Assembly: GCA_965234725.1 (NCBI GenBank)
Contig: CBDDUX010000008.1
Coordinates: 1 to 64,000 of the forward strand
Direction: 5' to 3'
Length of the DNA stretch: 64,000 nucleotides
Origin: Thermoplasmatota archaeon
GTDB lineage: Archaea > Thermoplasmatota > Penumbrarchaeia > Penumbrarchaeales > Penumbrarchaeaceae
Under the pieces are notes generated by a model that was not told where the DNA came from, did not search any database, and saw only the letters and a list, made by a program, of their open reading frames with translations. Position numbers and translations under genes: made by a program. The first letter of the stretch is position 1; each line of letters starts with the position of its first letter. This document shows, piece by piece, positions 34,561 to 44,019 of the stretch.

Positions 34561-36576
34561 TCATTGATTCCTGCGTCCTCTTTTCCGGCTCTTGTAAGAA
34601 AGCTCCTTTTTCACCTCAACAAGTCTATCCCTGATGAGGGCCGCATCCTCAAAACGTAGTTCGGAAGCAGCGATCCTCATCTCATTTTCGAGGTGTTCCA
34701 CCATGGACCCAAGGTCCTCTTCATCAGGTGGGCCATCTATATCTTTTTCGGAAGGTGTGACCAATCTCTCAGGGAGGATGGATTTGATATCCTTGATAAT
34801 GGTCTTGGGAGTAATACCGTTTTGTCTGTTGAACTCGATCTGGACGCTCCTTCTTCTATTGGTCTCGTCAATAGCCCTCTTCATGGAGCCAGTAAGGTTG
34901 TCGGCATACATAATCACTTTTCCCGAGACATTCCTGGCGGCTCTTCCGATGGTTTGTATGAGGGATGTCTCGGACCTGAGGAAACCTTCCTTATCAGCAT
35001 CCAGTATCGCAACGAGGGACACCTCCGGAAGGTCAAGGCCTTCCCGGAGGAGGTTGATACCCACGATCACATCGTATTTCCCTTTCCTGAGGTCCATGAG
35101 TATCTCTATCCTCTCCATGGTCTTGATATCAGAATGGAGATAATGGACCTTCAATCCGAGTTCCTTCAGATGGTCTGAAAGGAGTTCGGCCATCTTCTTG
35201 GTTAGAGTGGTCACCAGGGTCCTCTCACCCATCTTCACCCTTGCCCTTACCTCGGCCAGAAGATCTTCGAGCTGTCCCTTTATAGGTCTGATCTCCACCT
35301 CAGGATCAACCAGACCTGTGGGACGTATGATCTGTTCCACTACCTTCTTCGAGACCCTTTTCTCATAAGGTCCGGGAGTGGCGGATGTGAATAGAACCAT
35401 GGACAATCTCTTCTCGAACTCAGTGAACTTCAGAGGTCTGTTGTCCATAGCAGCTGGGAGTCTGAATCCGAACTCGACCAGATTCTCTTTCCTCGACCTA
35501 TCACCTTTGTACATTCCCCCTATTTGAGGGACAGTTACATGCGATTCGTCAATGACGATCAGGTATCTCTCAGGGAAGAAATCAAGCAAGGTGTAGGGAG
35601 GTTCGCCAGGCCTCCTTCCATCAAAGTATCTTGAATAGTTCTCGATACCGGAACAAGACCCCATCTCCCTAATCATCTCCAGATCGTAATTGGTCCTCTG
35701 CTCCAGTCTTTCCGCTTCCAGGAACTTGTCATGTCTCCTGAACCAGTTGACCCTTTCCTCAAGGTCACCTTCTATCCGTTTGAGAATGGGTTCCAGTTCC
35801 TCCGGAGCAATATTGTAATGTGTGGCTGGAAATATCAGTGCCTTCTCAATATCTTCCAGTACCTCACCGGTAACGGGATCGACGTATTGGATGGAGAATA
35901 TCCTGTCATCCTCGAACTCGATCCTGAGCATCCTGTCTCCCACCTCTCCGATCTCGATCACCTGCCCTCTTGACCTGAAGGATCCCCTTGAAAGCCCCTC
36001 ACCCCTGGAATATTGCATTCCAACGAGGTGGGAGTAGAGGTCCTTTCGGAGCATCTTCTCACCCTGGGAGATGATGAGGGAATGCTTCTTGTATTCCTCA
36101 GGGGAACCGAGACCGAAGATCGATGAGACAGAAGAAACTACAACGGAGTCATTCCTCGTCATCAAAGCCTGGGTGGCCTTGTGGCGAAGCATATCGATCT
36201 CGTCGTTGATCGAAGCATCCTTCTCTATGTATAGGTCCTTCTGCGGGACATATGCCTCAGGTTGATAATAGTCATAATAGGAGACAAAATACTCAACCGC
36301 ATTATTGGGTAGGAATTCCTTGTATTCGGATGCAAGCTGGGCTGCAAGGGTCTTATTATGGCTCATAACAAGTGTGGGGACATTGAGCTCCTCTATCACA
36401 TTGGCAACAGTGAATGTCTTTCCAGAGCCGGTCACTCCCAATAGAGTTACGAAATCCTCCCCTGATCGGAATGCCTCCACAATATCCCTTATGGCAGAGG
36501 GTTGATCCCCAGCGGGTTTGAATTTCGATACAACCTTGAAATCCCTTGCCATCATTCGGACCATCGCAGAGGTCAC
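34561..36576 (-). CDS. uvrB: Excinuclease ABC subunit B
   Basis: LGVTGSGKT, HNKTLAAQL, YYDYYQPEAY, DESH, QTIGRAARN; true start may be 36564 or 36555. Confidence 0.98.
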   Translation of the reverse strand: MTSAMVRMMARDFKVVSKFKPAGDQPSAIRDIVEAFRSGEDFVTLLGVTGSGKTFTVANVIEELNVPTLVMSHNKTLAAQLASEYKEFLPNNAVEYFVSYYDYYQPEAYVPQKDLYIEKDASINDEIDMLRHKATQALMTRNDSVVVSSVSSIFGLGSPEEYKKHSLIISQGEKMLRKDLYSHLVGMQYSRGEGLSRGSFRSRGQVIEIGEVGDRMLRIEFEDDRIFSIQYVDPVTGEVLEDIEKALIFPATHYNIAPEELEPILKRIEGDLEERVNWFRRHDKFLEAERLEQRTNYDLEMIREMGSCSGIENYSRYFDGRRPGEPPYTLLDFFPERYLIVIDESHVTVPQIGGMYKGDRSRKENLVEFGFRLPAAMDNRPLKFTEFEKRLSMVLFTSATPGPYEKRVSKKVVEQIIRPTGLVDPEVEIRPIKGQLEDLLAEVRARVKMGERTLVTTLTKKMAELLSDHLKELGLKVHYLHSDIKTMERIEILMDLRKGKYDVIVGINLLREGLDLPEVSLVAILDADKEGFLRSETSLIQTIGRAARNVSGKVIMYADNLTGSMKRAIDETNRRRSVQIEFNRQNGITPKTIIKDIKSILPERLVTPSEKDIDGPPDEEDLGSMVEHLENEMRIAASELRFEDAALIRDRLVEVKKELSYKSRKRGRRNQ

Positions 36577-36605
36577 TATAAATCCTTTTTACCTCTCCTT
36601 TGCGG

Positions 36606-37331
36606 TCATCGAAGGGAAGTGACCCTTCTGCCTTTCCTGAAATACTCTCCCTTCACGACCCGGTCAATTATCAGGGGATACCATTCATGCTCCTTCTCGA
36701 GGACCCTCAACTCCAGGGATGCCTCGGTGTCCTCATCATCGACAGGAACCGCATGCTGGAAAATAATGGGCCCCCCGTCCATGGTTTCATCAACGAAATG
36801 GATCGTCAGACCTGTTATCTTCGCACCGTAATCGAGTACATCTCTATGAGGATGCGCCCCTGGAAAAGATGGAAGAAGTGCAGGATGGATGTTCAATATG
36901 CGATCCCGCCAAAGTCCTACGAATCTGTCCGATAGTATCCTCATATAACCAGCAAGGACAACTATGTCAATGTCTGCCGATCTTAGGACCTGATCCACTT
37001 CCATATCAAAATCCTCACGGTCCCTTCCTTTATGGGAAATTATGACAAAGGGAATGGAATGGGTCTTTGCCCTCTCGATCACAAAAGCTCCTGGTTCGTT
37101 GCATATAAGGAGTGCAACTTCATATGTTACCTTTCCAGCCTCCACAGCATCCACTATCGATTGAAAATCGGTACCTCTCCCTGAAGCCAGGACAGCGATC
37201 CTTCCTCTAATATGATCATGGTCAGCTTTTAGATCCGAATTTGCCGCAGACCTTATGGCAGTATTCTTTTCTGGTGTTATATCTCCCGTGAGGGAGGCTT
37301 TCTCCACCTTCATGCTGCCGGATGATTCCAA
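36606..37331 (-). CDS. purN: Phosphoribosylglycinamide formyltransferase
   Basis: VLASGRGT, LAGYMRIL, NIHPALLP, HFVDETMDGGPII. Confidence 0.95.
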   Translation of the reverse strand: MESSGSMKVEKASLTGDITPEKNTAIRSAANSDLKADHDHIRGRIAVLASGRGTDFQSIVDAVEAGKVTYEVALLICNEPGAFVIERAKTHSIPFVIISHKGRDREDFDMEVDQVLRSADIDIVVLAGYMRILSDRFVGLWRDRILNIHPALLPSFPGAHPHRDVLDYGAKITGLTIHFVDETMDGGPIIFQHAVPVDDEDTEASLELRVLEKEHEWYPLIIDRVVKGEYFRKGRRVTSLR

Positions 37332-37361
37332 TCAGATCACTCCCTTAAATGGAGGATAGTC

Positions 37362-38933
37362 TCAATGCTTGAATAGTCTTACGCCTGTGAATACCATGGA
37401 GATGCCATTCTCGTCAGCAGCATCTATTACTTCTTGATCGCGGATGGATCCTCCCGGCTGAGCAACCGATATCACACCAGCCTTTATGGATTCGTCCAAA
37501 CCATCTCTGAAGGGGAAGAAGGCATCAGAAGAGAGGACCGACCCTTTTCCGTTCTCACCCGCTTTCTTGCCTGCCATGAAGCATGAGTCTACCCTTGACA
37601 TCTGCCCGGCACCTATTCCAACGGTCCGAAGGTCCTTTGCCATTACCACACAGTTGGATTTCACATGTTTTGTAACCTTGGATGCGAAGATAAGGTCCAT
37701 GATCTGCTCTTCAGTGGGAGATCTATTGGTGACAACCTTCCAGTTGGTGCTGCTCCATTCAGGCCAATCCATTGTCTGGACAAGGAGGCCTCCCTTGATC
37801 CTGACAAATCTCTTTTCAGGAGGGTTAGTGGCAACGATCGGCCGGTTGGTCCTTACTATCCTGAGGTTCTTCTTCTTTTTCAATTCCGATATGGCCTCAT
37901 CCGTGAAAGATGGGGCAACTATGACCTCGAAAAACCTCTGGTTGACCCTTTCAGCTGTCTCGAGGTCGCATTCCCTGTTCAGGCCTATGATGCCCCCATA
38001 AGCTGAGAGAGGGTCGCAGAGGAATGCGCGTTCAAAAGCTCGGGCCATGGAACCGCCATCCTCTTTTCTGGAAATGGCAACACCGGAGGGATTGTTGTGC
38101 TTGATGATCACACAACAGGGTTCATCGGGGAACTCCATCAGAATGTCAGTTGCAGCATCGGTATCATAGATATTATTGAAGGAGAGCTCTTTTCCCCAAA
38201 GGACATCGGAATTTGAGATAGATATCCCCTTGTATGATGGGTCAATGAAGTAAGCTCCTTTCTGATGAGGGTTCTCACCGTATCTGGTCTCAAGGGATCT
38301 CTCGAACCTCCATCTCAAGGAATCCCCCCATGGGGTATCCGGATGGAACCTGTCCCTTAACCAGCCTCCGATGGCAATGTCATAAGCTGACGTTAGCATG
38401 AACGCTTTGACCGCCAGGTCTTGTCTGGTTCCAAGGTCTAGGTCTCCATCGGCTTTCAGTTTATCAAGGACCAGGGGATAATCCGAAGGGTCCACGATCA
38501 CTATTACGTCATTGTGGTTCTTTGCAGCGGAACGGATCAATGACGGTCCGCCGATGTCGATCATCTCCAGAGCAGTGTCGATCTCGGCCCCACCTTCAAC
38601 GGTCCTTTCAAACGGATACAGATTTACAACCACCATATCGATGGGTTCTATCCCATGTTCCTCCATCTCTTTCCTGTGGTCCTCCTGATCCCTTTTTCCC
38701 AGGATCCCGCCACAGATATTGGGATGAAGTGTCTTCACCCTGCCCCCCAGTATCTCTGGGAAATTGGTGACGGTTTCCACCTTTCTGCATTTCACTCCTC
38801 TTTCCGTAAGATACCTGAAGGTACCACCAGAAGAGATGATGTCAAAACCCATGTCGGAAAGTCCCTTTGCGAACTCCTCTATCCCATTCTTGTCCGATAC
38901 CGAGACAAGAACTTTACGATTGTTTTCAGACAT
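37362..38933 (-). CDS. purH: Bifunctional AICAR formyltransferase/IMP cyclohydrolase
   Basis: SVSDK, GRVKTLHP, IDIGGPS, RYGENPHQ, KHNNP, SDAFFPF, QPGGS. Confidence 0.97.
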   Translation of the reverse strand: MSENNRKVLVSVSDKNGIEEFAKGLSDMGFDIISSGGTFRYLTERGVKCRKVETVTNFPEILGGRVKTLHPNICGGILGKRDQEDHRKEMEEHGIEPIDMVVVNLYPFERTVEGGAEIDTALEMIDIGGPSLIRSAAKNHNDVIVIVDPSDYPLVLDKLKADGDLDLGTRQDLAVKAFMLTSAYDIAIGGWLRDRFHPDTPWGDSLRWRFERSLETRYGENPHQKGAYFIDPSYKGISISNSDVLWGKELSFNNIYDTDAATDILMEFPDEPCCVIIKHNNPSGVAISRKEDGGSMARAFERAFLCDPLSAYGGIIGLNRECDLETAERVNQRFFEVIVAPSFTDEAISELKKKKNLRIVRTNRPIVATNPPEKRFVRIKGGLLVQTMDWPEWSSTNWKVVTNRSPTEEQIMDLIFASKVTKHVKSNCVVMAKDLRTVGIGAGQMSRVDSCFMAGKKAGENGKGSVLSSDAFFPFRDGLDESIKAGVISVAQPGGSIRDQEVIDAADENGISMVFTGVRLFKH

Positions 38934-38998
38934 ATCGTTTTCCCGGTAACTAATCCGGTTCTATTAAGGTTTCCGAGGAGGTTACCGTTTCTTTTTGG

Positions 38999-41890
38999 TC
39001 ATTCCATGTCTTGTTTGATGAACGTCAACTCCCTGAGCTTTGATGATGTCCTGTTCAGGAAATAGAGGGCATTGATCGACTTGAATGTAATTGAGGCTTG
39101 TTTAAGCATTGACATGGCTTTATCCACCTTCATTTGTTGGAATAGGACAAGGCCATATTGGAGTGTTGTCAATCCTAGTTGGAATGGGACCTGCAACGAT
39201 CTGTTGATCTCCAATGCTGTTTCCAGGTGCTTGACCGCTTCCTCGAAGGACCTTTTCTTTGCCATGTATAATCCAAGGGTCCTGTGTTTGCTTCCTTTTA
39301 GAAGTCTGTCCCCCAACTCCCTTTCCGGAACCTTCTCCAGGACCGCAACGCCTTCATCCGCTCTTTCTATATCACCAGATTCAAGCATGAGCTCTATGTA
39401 TTCGAGGACAACCCTCTGGGTGATCTCCGAGGAGACATGGTCCTTGACCATGTTGAAACCCCAGGTCGCAAATCTCTTCGCATCCTCGATTTCCCTTAGT
39501 TTGATAAGGACATCTGCCATCCTTGTGTAAGCATAGGCAGATTCCTGTTTGAGTTCGGTCTCCTCCCCCTTCTTAATTGCCATCTTATAATATGCAAGGG
39601 CCTGGTTGAAATCACCCATCTCATAGTAGATGTTCCCAACTTCTATCAATGCCATCACATTGAGTGGTTTCCTTTCTTTCTTGGGAAATTCCATATATTT
39701 GAGGTAACAGTCCATTGATCTGGTGTAATCCCCTTTAAAGTAGTAGATGACACCGAGCCCTCTGAATGCCTTTGCTACCTCCTCCTGGTCATCCTCCTTC
39801 TTGGATACATGAAGTGATCTTAGATAGTAATCAACTGTCTGGTCCCATTCAAACAATTTCAACATTATATCTCCAATTCTCCGAAAGGATGAGGATCGAC
39901 CGAAGGGAATGTCACCTTTTTCAGCTATGTCCACCGCTCTTTTTAAAGCTATGAGGGCAGATTTGGTATCTCCAGAACTCTCATTGACATCAGCTATCAT
40001 CTGGAGAACTCTAACCATCTGGAGGTCCCTTTCTCTGGATGCAGGTGTCTCCTCCATACATTCCAGAGCCTTATTTAGGACCTCAAGTGCTCCATGGTCG
40101 TCCATCCTGTCCATTCGTTCTTCAGCACTCTCGATATAGGCTTTGTAGGCCTTCGAGCAGTCCCCACTCTTTCTATAATGCTCTGCAAGTATGGATACAC
40201 GGTCTTCCCCTTTGTGGCTTGGGATAGAGTCTACCAATGTTGCTGCTTTGGTATGAAGGTCCTTCAGTTGTTCCTTCGATATGGAATCGTAAATGGTCAT
40301 CCTCGCCTTCTGGTGCTCGAACCTGAGTCCCTTCTCGGTCTCCTTGACCAATTTTATCTCTAATAGGGAGTCCAACCTGTCAAGCGCCTCTTCCTCGTCC
40401 ATATCCAGACCATTGACAAGCATGTCAAGGCTGCATTCCATTCCAATTACAGAGGCAAAATCCAACATCATCCTGGTCTTCTCATCCAGGTTATGGATCC
40501 TCCTGGTAATGGCATCAACCTCAATCTGAACTGAAAGATTCCTTGCAGGATCGATGTTGGCTATTCTCCTCTCATCCAGGAACTTCTTGATAAGGATCGG
40601 ATTCCCTTCAGTTTGCTCTGCCATCTCCAGAAGGAGTGTTTCATCCAATTCCTCTCCGATGAGACTTCTTGCCATCTCTAACTGACCATTTCTGTCCAGA
40701 CGCTTGAGGGTCAATGTCTCGAAGAGCCTCTCCCTTGAGATCCTCTGGAGGGCATCCCTCAAAGGACTCTTATTGAAATCCTCGTCGTCCAGACTGTACT
40801 CCTCAGGTCTGTAGGACCCGATAATGAGTAACTTGTTGTTGCTAATATCCCTTGCAAGATATTGTAGAAGATTCAAAGAAGCTTTATCACTCCATTGGAG
40901 GTCCTCAATGATAACAAGGATCGGACCGTTCTTCAGGTCTTCGTTGATGAAGGTTGTAAAAAGGTCATTAACGGACATACCCTTTCTCATCTGGTCATTT
41001 TCAGAACCGTTTTTCCCTTCTCCATCCTTTCTGAGATGTATGCCTATATCTCTCTTATTGGAATTGATACTGGATCCGTCGTCCAGATGAATAATGATCC
41101 CCGAGTTCTTGAGTGCGAGTCCGTCTATGACATCCAAGAGGTTTCTTACTTTATCTTCGGGATTGTTCTTGAGAATAATATCCATGGCGCGGTTGACCAC
41201 TGCAAGATGCCTATATCTGTCAAAAGCTGTCTTCAGAGTTCTGGCGATCCTTTCCAATCTGGTTGGAGGAATGAAATCGTCTCCGCCCTGGCCGATCCTT
41301 ATAACCTCTCCTTGATGCAAATTCTCATCGTGGACTTCATCTTCCATTCCCTCAAGGAAAATGGTCCGGTATCCATTATCCGAGAGGAACTCAATCAGAT
41401 CATTGGACCGACTTCTTTCAAGTCTGTATCCTCCAACGGGCTCATCCTTTGGAATGAAGAGGTTGGAGAAATCGTTGAAAAGGTCCCGTTCTAGGAGAAT
41501 GCTTCCCTGAAGCTTCATTTTTACCTTATCCATATTCGTCTCGTAATCATCAATTGTCGAGACTCCGAAATGGTCTTTGAGCATCTCTATGAATGGGAGG
41601 TGAGTTGATTTTCTGTAATCGAGGCATCTTCCCCACATGATGGAAAAACCCAATGATCTGGCATCCGAGGAGCACTCATTCAGGAGATGGGTCTTTCCGA
41701 TCCCGGCCTCCCCTTCTATCAATATCATGGAACCTCTGCCTTCGGCTGCTTTTCGAAGGGCGGAGATTATTATCTCCCTTTCGAAATCCCTTCCTATCAG
41801 CTCTGGTCCCTGTTCAGGACCTCTTGAGAGGGTCTCTTCTTTCATGATGGTGTTCTTCGATGGCAGTTCCTGATTAAAATTCCTTTTCAC
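38999..41890 (-). CDS. STAND/AAA_16 NTPase with TPRs and a DUF835-like insertion
   Basis: LIGRDFE, Walker A GEAGIGKT, Walker B IIEDLQWSD, TEGNP, C-terminal TPRs; start may be 41845. Confidence 0.87.
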   Translation of the reverse strand: MKRNFNQELPSKNTIMKEETLSRGPEQGPELIGRDFEREIIISALRKAAEGRGSMILIEGEAGIGKTHLLNECSSDARSLGFSIMWGRCLDYRKSTHLPFIEMLKDHFGVSTIDDYETNMDKVKMKLQGSILLERDLFNDFSNLFIPKDEPVGGYRLERSRSNDLIEFLSDNGYRTIFLEGMEDEVHDENLHQGEVIRIGQGGDDFIPPTRLERIARTLKTAFDRYRHLAVVNRAMDIILKNNPEDKVRNLLDVIDGLALKNSGIIIHLDDGSSINSNKRDIGIHLRKDGEGKNGSENDQMRKGMSVNDLFTTFINEDLKNGPILVIIEDLQWSDKASLNLLQYLARDISNNKLLIIGSYRPEEYSLDDEDFNKSPLRDALQRISRERLFETLTLKRLDRNGQLEMARSLIGEELDETLLLEMAEQTEGNPILIKKFLDERRIANIDPARNLSVQIEVDAITRRIHNLDEKTRMMLDFASVIGMECSLDMLVNGLDMDEEEALDRLDSLLEIKLVKETEKGLRFEHQKARMTIYDSISKEQLKDLHTKAATLVDSIPSHKGEDRVSILAEHYRKSGDCSKAYKAYIESAEERMDRMDDHGALEVLNKALECMEETPASRERDLQMVRVLQMIADVNESSGDTKSALIALKRAVDIAEKGDIPFGRSSSFRRIGDIMLKLFEWDQTVDYYLRSLHVSKKEDDQEEVAKAFRGLGVIYYFKGDYTRSMDCYLKYMEFPKKERKPLNVMALIEVGNIYYEMGDFNQALAYYKMAIKKGEETELKQESAYAYTRMADVLIKLREIEDAKRFATWGFNMVKDHVSSEITQRVVLEYIELMLESGDIERADEGVAVLEKVPERELGDRLLKGSKHRTLGLYMAKKRSFEEAVKHLETALEINRSLQVPFQLGLTTLQYGLVLFQQMKVDKAMSMLKQASITFKSINALYFLNRTSSKLRELTFIKQDME

Positions 41891-41998
41891 CTCTTTATGT
41901 GATATTGAAATTGATAGGTATCAAGAAATTTCCTTTTATCCTTTCGATGCCTTCAACTTTATATACCTTGATATATTATGGCGGCTCACCCATCCTAT

Positions 41999-42108
41999 CC
42001 CGGCTTGGCTTAGTCTGGCTAGAGCGGGGGACTGTAGTTGGACACCGGTGATACCGGAACCCCGCAGACATCCTTAGATCCCCAGTTCAAATCTGGGAGC
42101 CGGGACCA
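41999..42108 (+). tRNA. tRNA-Tyr(GTA) with a 32-nt intron at 37/38 (42038-42069), CCA encoded
   Basis: Acceptor CCCGGCT/AGCCGGG with A73; anticodon arm GGGGA-CTGTAG^A-TCCTT; T-arm CCCAG-TTCAAAT-CTGGG; BHB helix CTGT/GCAG with AG^T and AC^A bulges. Confidence 0.95.
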
Positions 42109-42228
42109 TTATTATTAGAATCAGATTCTAATTGAGATCAATTTAGAGTCTCCCATAAAAATCATATTATTATAATAGGCCGGACTAAAAACGGTTTCAA
42201 TCAGTTTGAAATTATTTTTTGTCCAGGG

Positions 42229-42241
42229 TCTGGGAGCCGGG
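42229..42241 (+). repeat. 13-bp direct repeat of the tRNA-Tyr 3' end (att-like relic)
   Basis: TCTGGGAGCCGGG is identical to 42092-42104. Confidence 0.65.
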
Positions 42242-42288
42242 CGGGATCAATTTGCAATCTTTTTAGAGATGAAATCACATTATAACCC

Positions 42289-43122
42289 TTACTTAGTCAA
42301 TACAACCGAACCAGATTCAAAGGGTCCTGATCTGATATCATTGTAGATCAGGATGAAAACACAATTCTCAACGATCTCCTGGTTCTCCTTCAATGTAAAA
42401 CTGTCAGTATTTGCATCCAGAAAGGTCAACCGCGGAGTATCCATGAACCTTATCTCAGCATGTTGAGGAAGGTTGACAAGGTCTACGATATCTCCTTCTC
42501 TGATGGTTTCTCCATCAATACCCTCGACCTTGTATGAATAATTGCTGATAAATTCATCCCTGGTAGCAGAGGAGACGGTAACTACAAATTGGGGTTCCCC
42601 TGGAAGGCCAAATGGTGGAGTTACAAAGCTACATGAAAGTGTCACTTCGGGCGGCGGAAGAGGCTCCTCTTCCACCACGACCCTTATTGTCACCGTTGAA
42701 TGGTCCCATAGGGGGTCATCATTGTCCTCTGTTACATTCAATGTAACAATGAACTCGGTGGTCACTTCGATTGTCATCGGGTACGAGAAGGATATATTGA
42801 CGCCCTCTCGGTTCCTATCGTTATCGAATATCCCATCATTGTTGGAATCCGTTCCAATATCCATATCCCAATAGTATCTCAACAGGTCTCCGTCAGGGTC
42901 AGAGGAAGAAGAACCATTGAGGTAGAAAGACTCTCCCGGTATCACGGAGAAGTCCCGGCCAGCATCTGCAACCGGTGATCGATTGTTACCGTTTCCCCCG
43001 CCACCTCCTCCGTTATCTCCACCATTATCCCTTATGAGAAGCAGGTATCCTCCCACTCCGATAATGACCAAAACGGCGATACCAGCAACCAACCCTTTCT
43101 TTGGAATAGCTGGAAATTCCAT
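42289..43122 (-). CDS. Membrane-anchored PKD-domain protein
   Basis: N-terminal TM helix, Gly linker, PVADAG..LNGSSSSDPDGD..YYWD. Confidence 0.85.
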   Translation of the reverse strand: MEFPAIPKKGLVAGIAVLVIIGVGGYLLLIRDNGGDNGGGGGGNGNNRSPVADAGRDFSVIPGESFYLNGSSSSDPDGDLLRYYWDMDIGTDSNNDGIFDNDRNREGVNISFSYPMTIEVTTEFIVTLNVTEDNDDPLWDHSTVTIRVVVEEEPLPPPEVTLSCSFVTPPFGLPGEPQFVVTVSSATRDEFISNYSYKVEGIDGETIREGDIVDLVNLPQHAEIRFMDTPRLTFLDANTDSFTLKENQEIVENCVFILIYNDIRSGPFESGSVVLTK

Positions 43123-43411
43123 ACCTATGATTCAGATGATAGGATATTATAACTTTCGGAAGATGGGAGCAAACCTTGAGGATGGAGTTCGTTTTGTTCC
43201 AAACCTCATTATTCAAGAAGCATCAATTTCCTGATCCCGTCACTTTCAATTGGATCAAGGATTATTCAATTTATATTGATTCAAATGTAAGGTTCCCTGT
43301 TCAATACTTAAACAGTCCTTGTCATGGTCCCTTCCTGAAATCTCTTTGACTGCCACCATCTGGAGCAGGGACCCGGTCTTTATCGGTCCTGGATTGATAT
43401 CCTTTGGGTTC

Positions 43412-43630
43412 TTATCTCTTCATTATCTTCATCCAGCCCTTGGACTCATAGACTGCGAGTCCTCTCTGACCCAGGGCCTCTTCGAATTTTCCCCAGCTTA
43501 TGACCTCGAGCCTCTTATTGTTGCCCTTTGTGAACTGGACACCCTCTGTGCCCACCACCATTCCAGGTTTGAGGTTTTTGTCAGTGGCTATTTTCTTTGC
43601 TATTCCCATATCGATCTTGGTCATTGCCAT
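43412..43630 (-). CDS. Small basic hypothetical protein
   Basis: 72 aa; AGGAGG RBS; host-like codon usage. Confidence 0.75.
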   Translation of the reverse strand: MAMTKIDMGIAKKIATDKNLKPGMVVGTEGVQFTKGNNKRLEVISWGKFEEALGQRGLAVYESKGWMKIMKR

Positions 43631-44019
43631 TCTTTCATCCTCCTAAAAAGGTAGCTATTTCCCCTACCCCATCCTGCAACGATGCCTGGCTATATAAAAT
43701 CTTCCTTCTGGCCCCACATTTTTACGGATATTTCCAATCTCACTGTAAAAAATATAAAAACAGGACCGATGGGTTCCAACTTCTGGACCCTAAATGGAAA
43801 TTTAAATGATGGGGTGATGTCCAGGCAACCATTTTAAAATCCATATTCCTGTATAATTTGATAAATATCACACACTTGCATTGGAAATCGGAGTAATTTT
43901 GTAGATATGTTAAATGAACCTTCTCTTTCCCTGATACGTGGATCAGATCCTTCAATTGCTTCATTTCCCTTCAAAAGGATTTAGTAAGGGTTGTTCCTTC
44001 CAACAATGGGGAACCCTTG

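Noticed and set aside
43640-44000. Possible replication origin (TTCCA/TGGAAA fragments resembling ORB elements)
   Set aside because: Matches are partial, lack a consistent G-string, and there is no cdc6/orc1 gene in the window.
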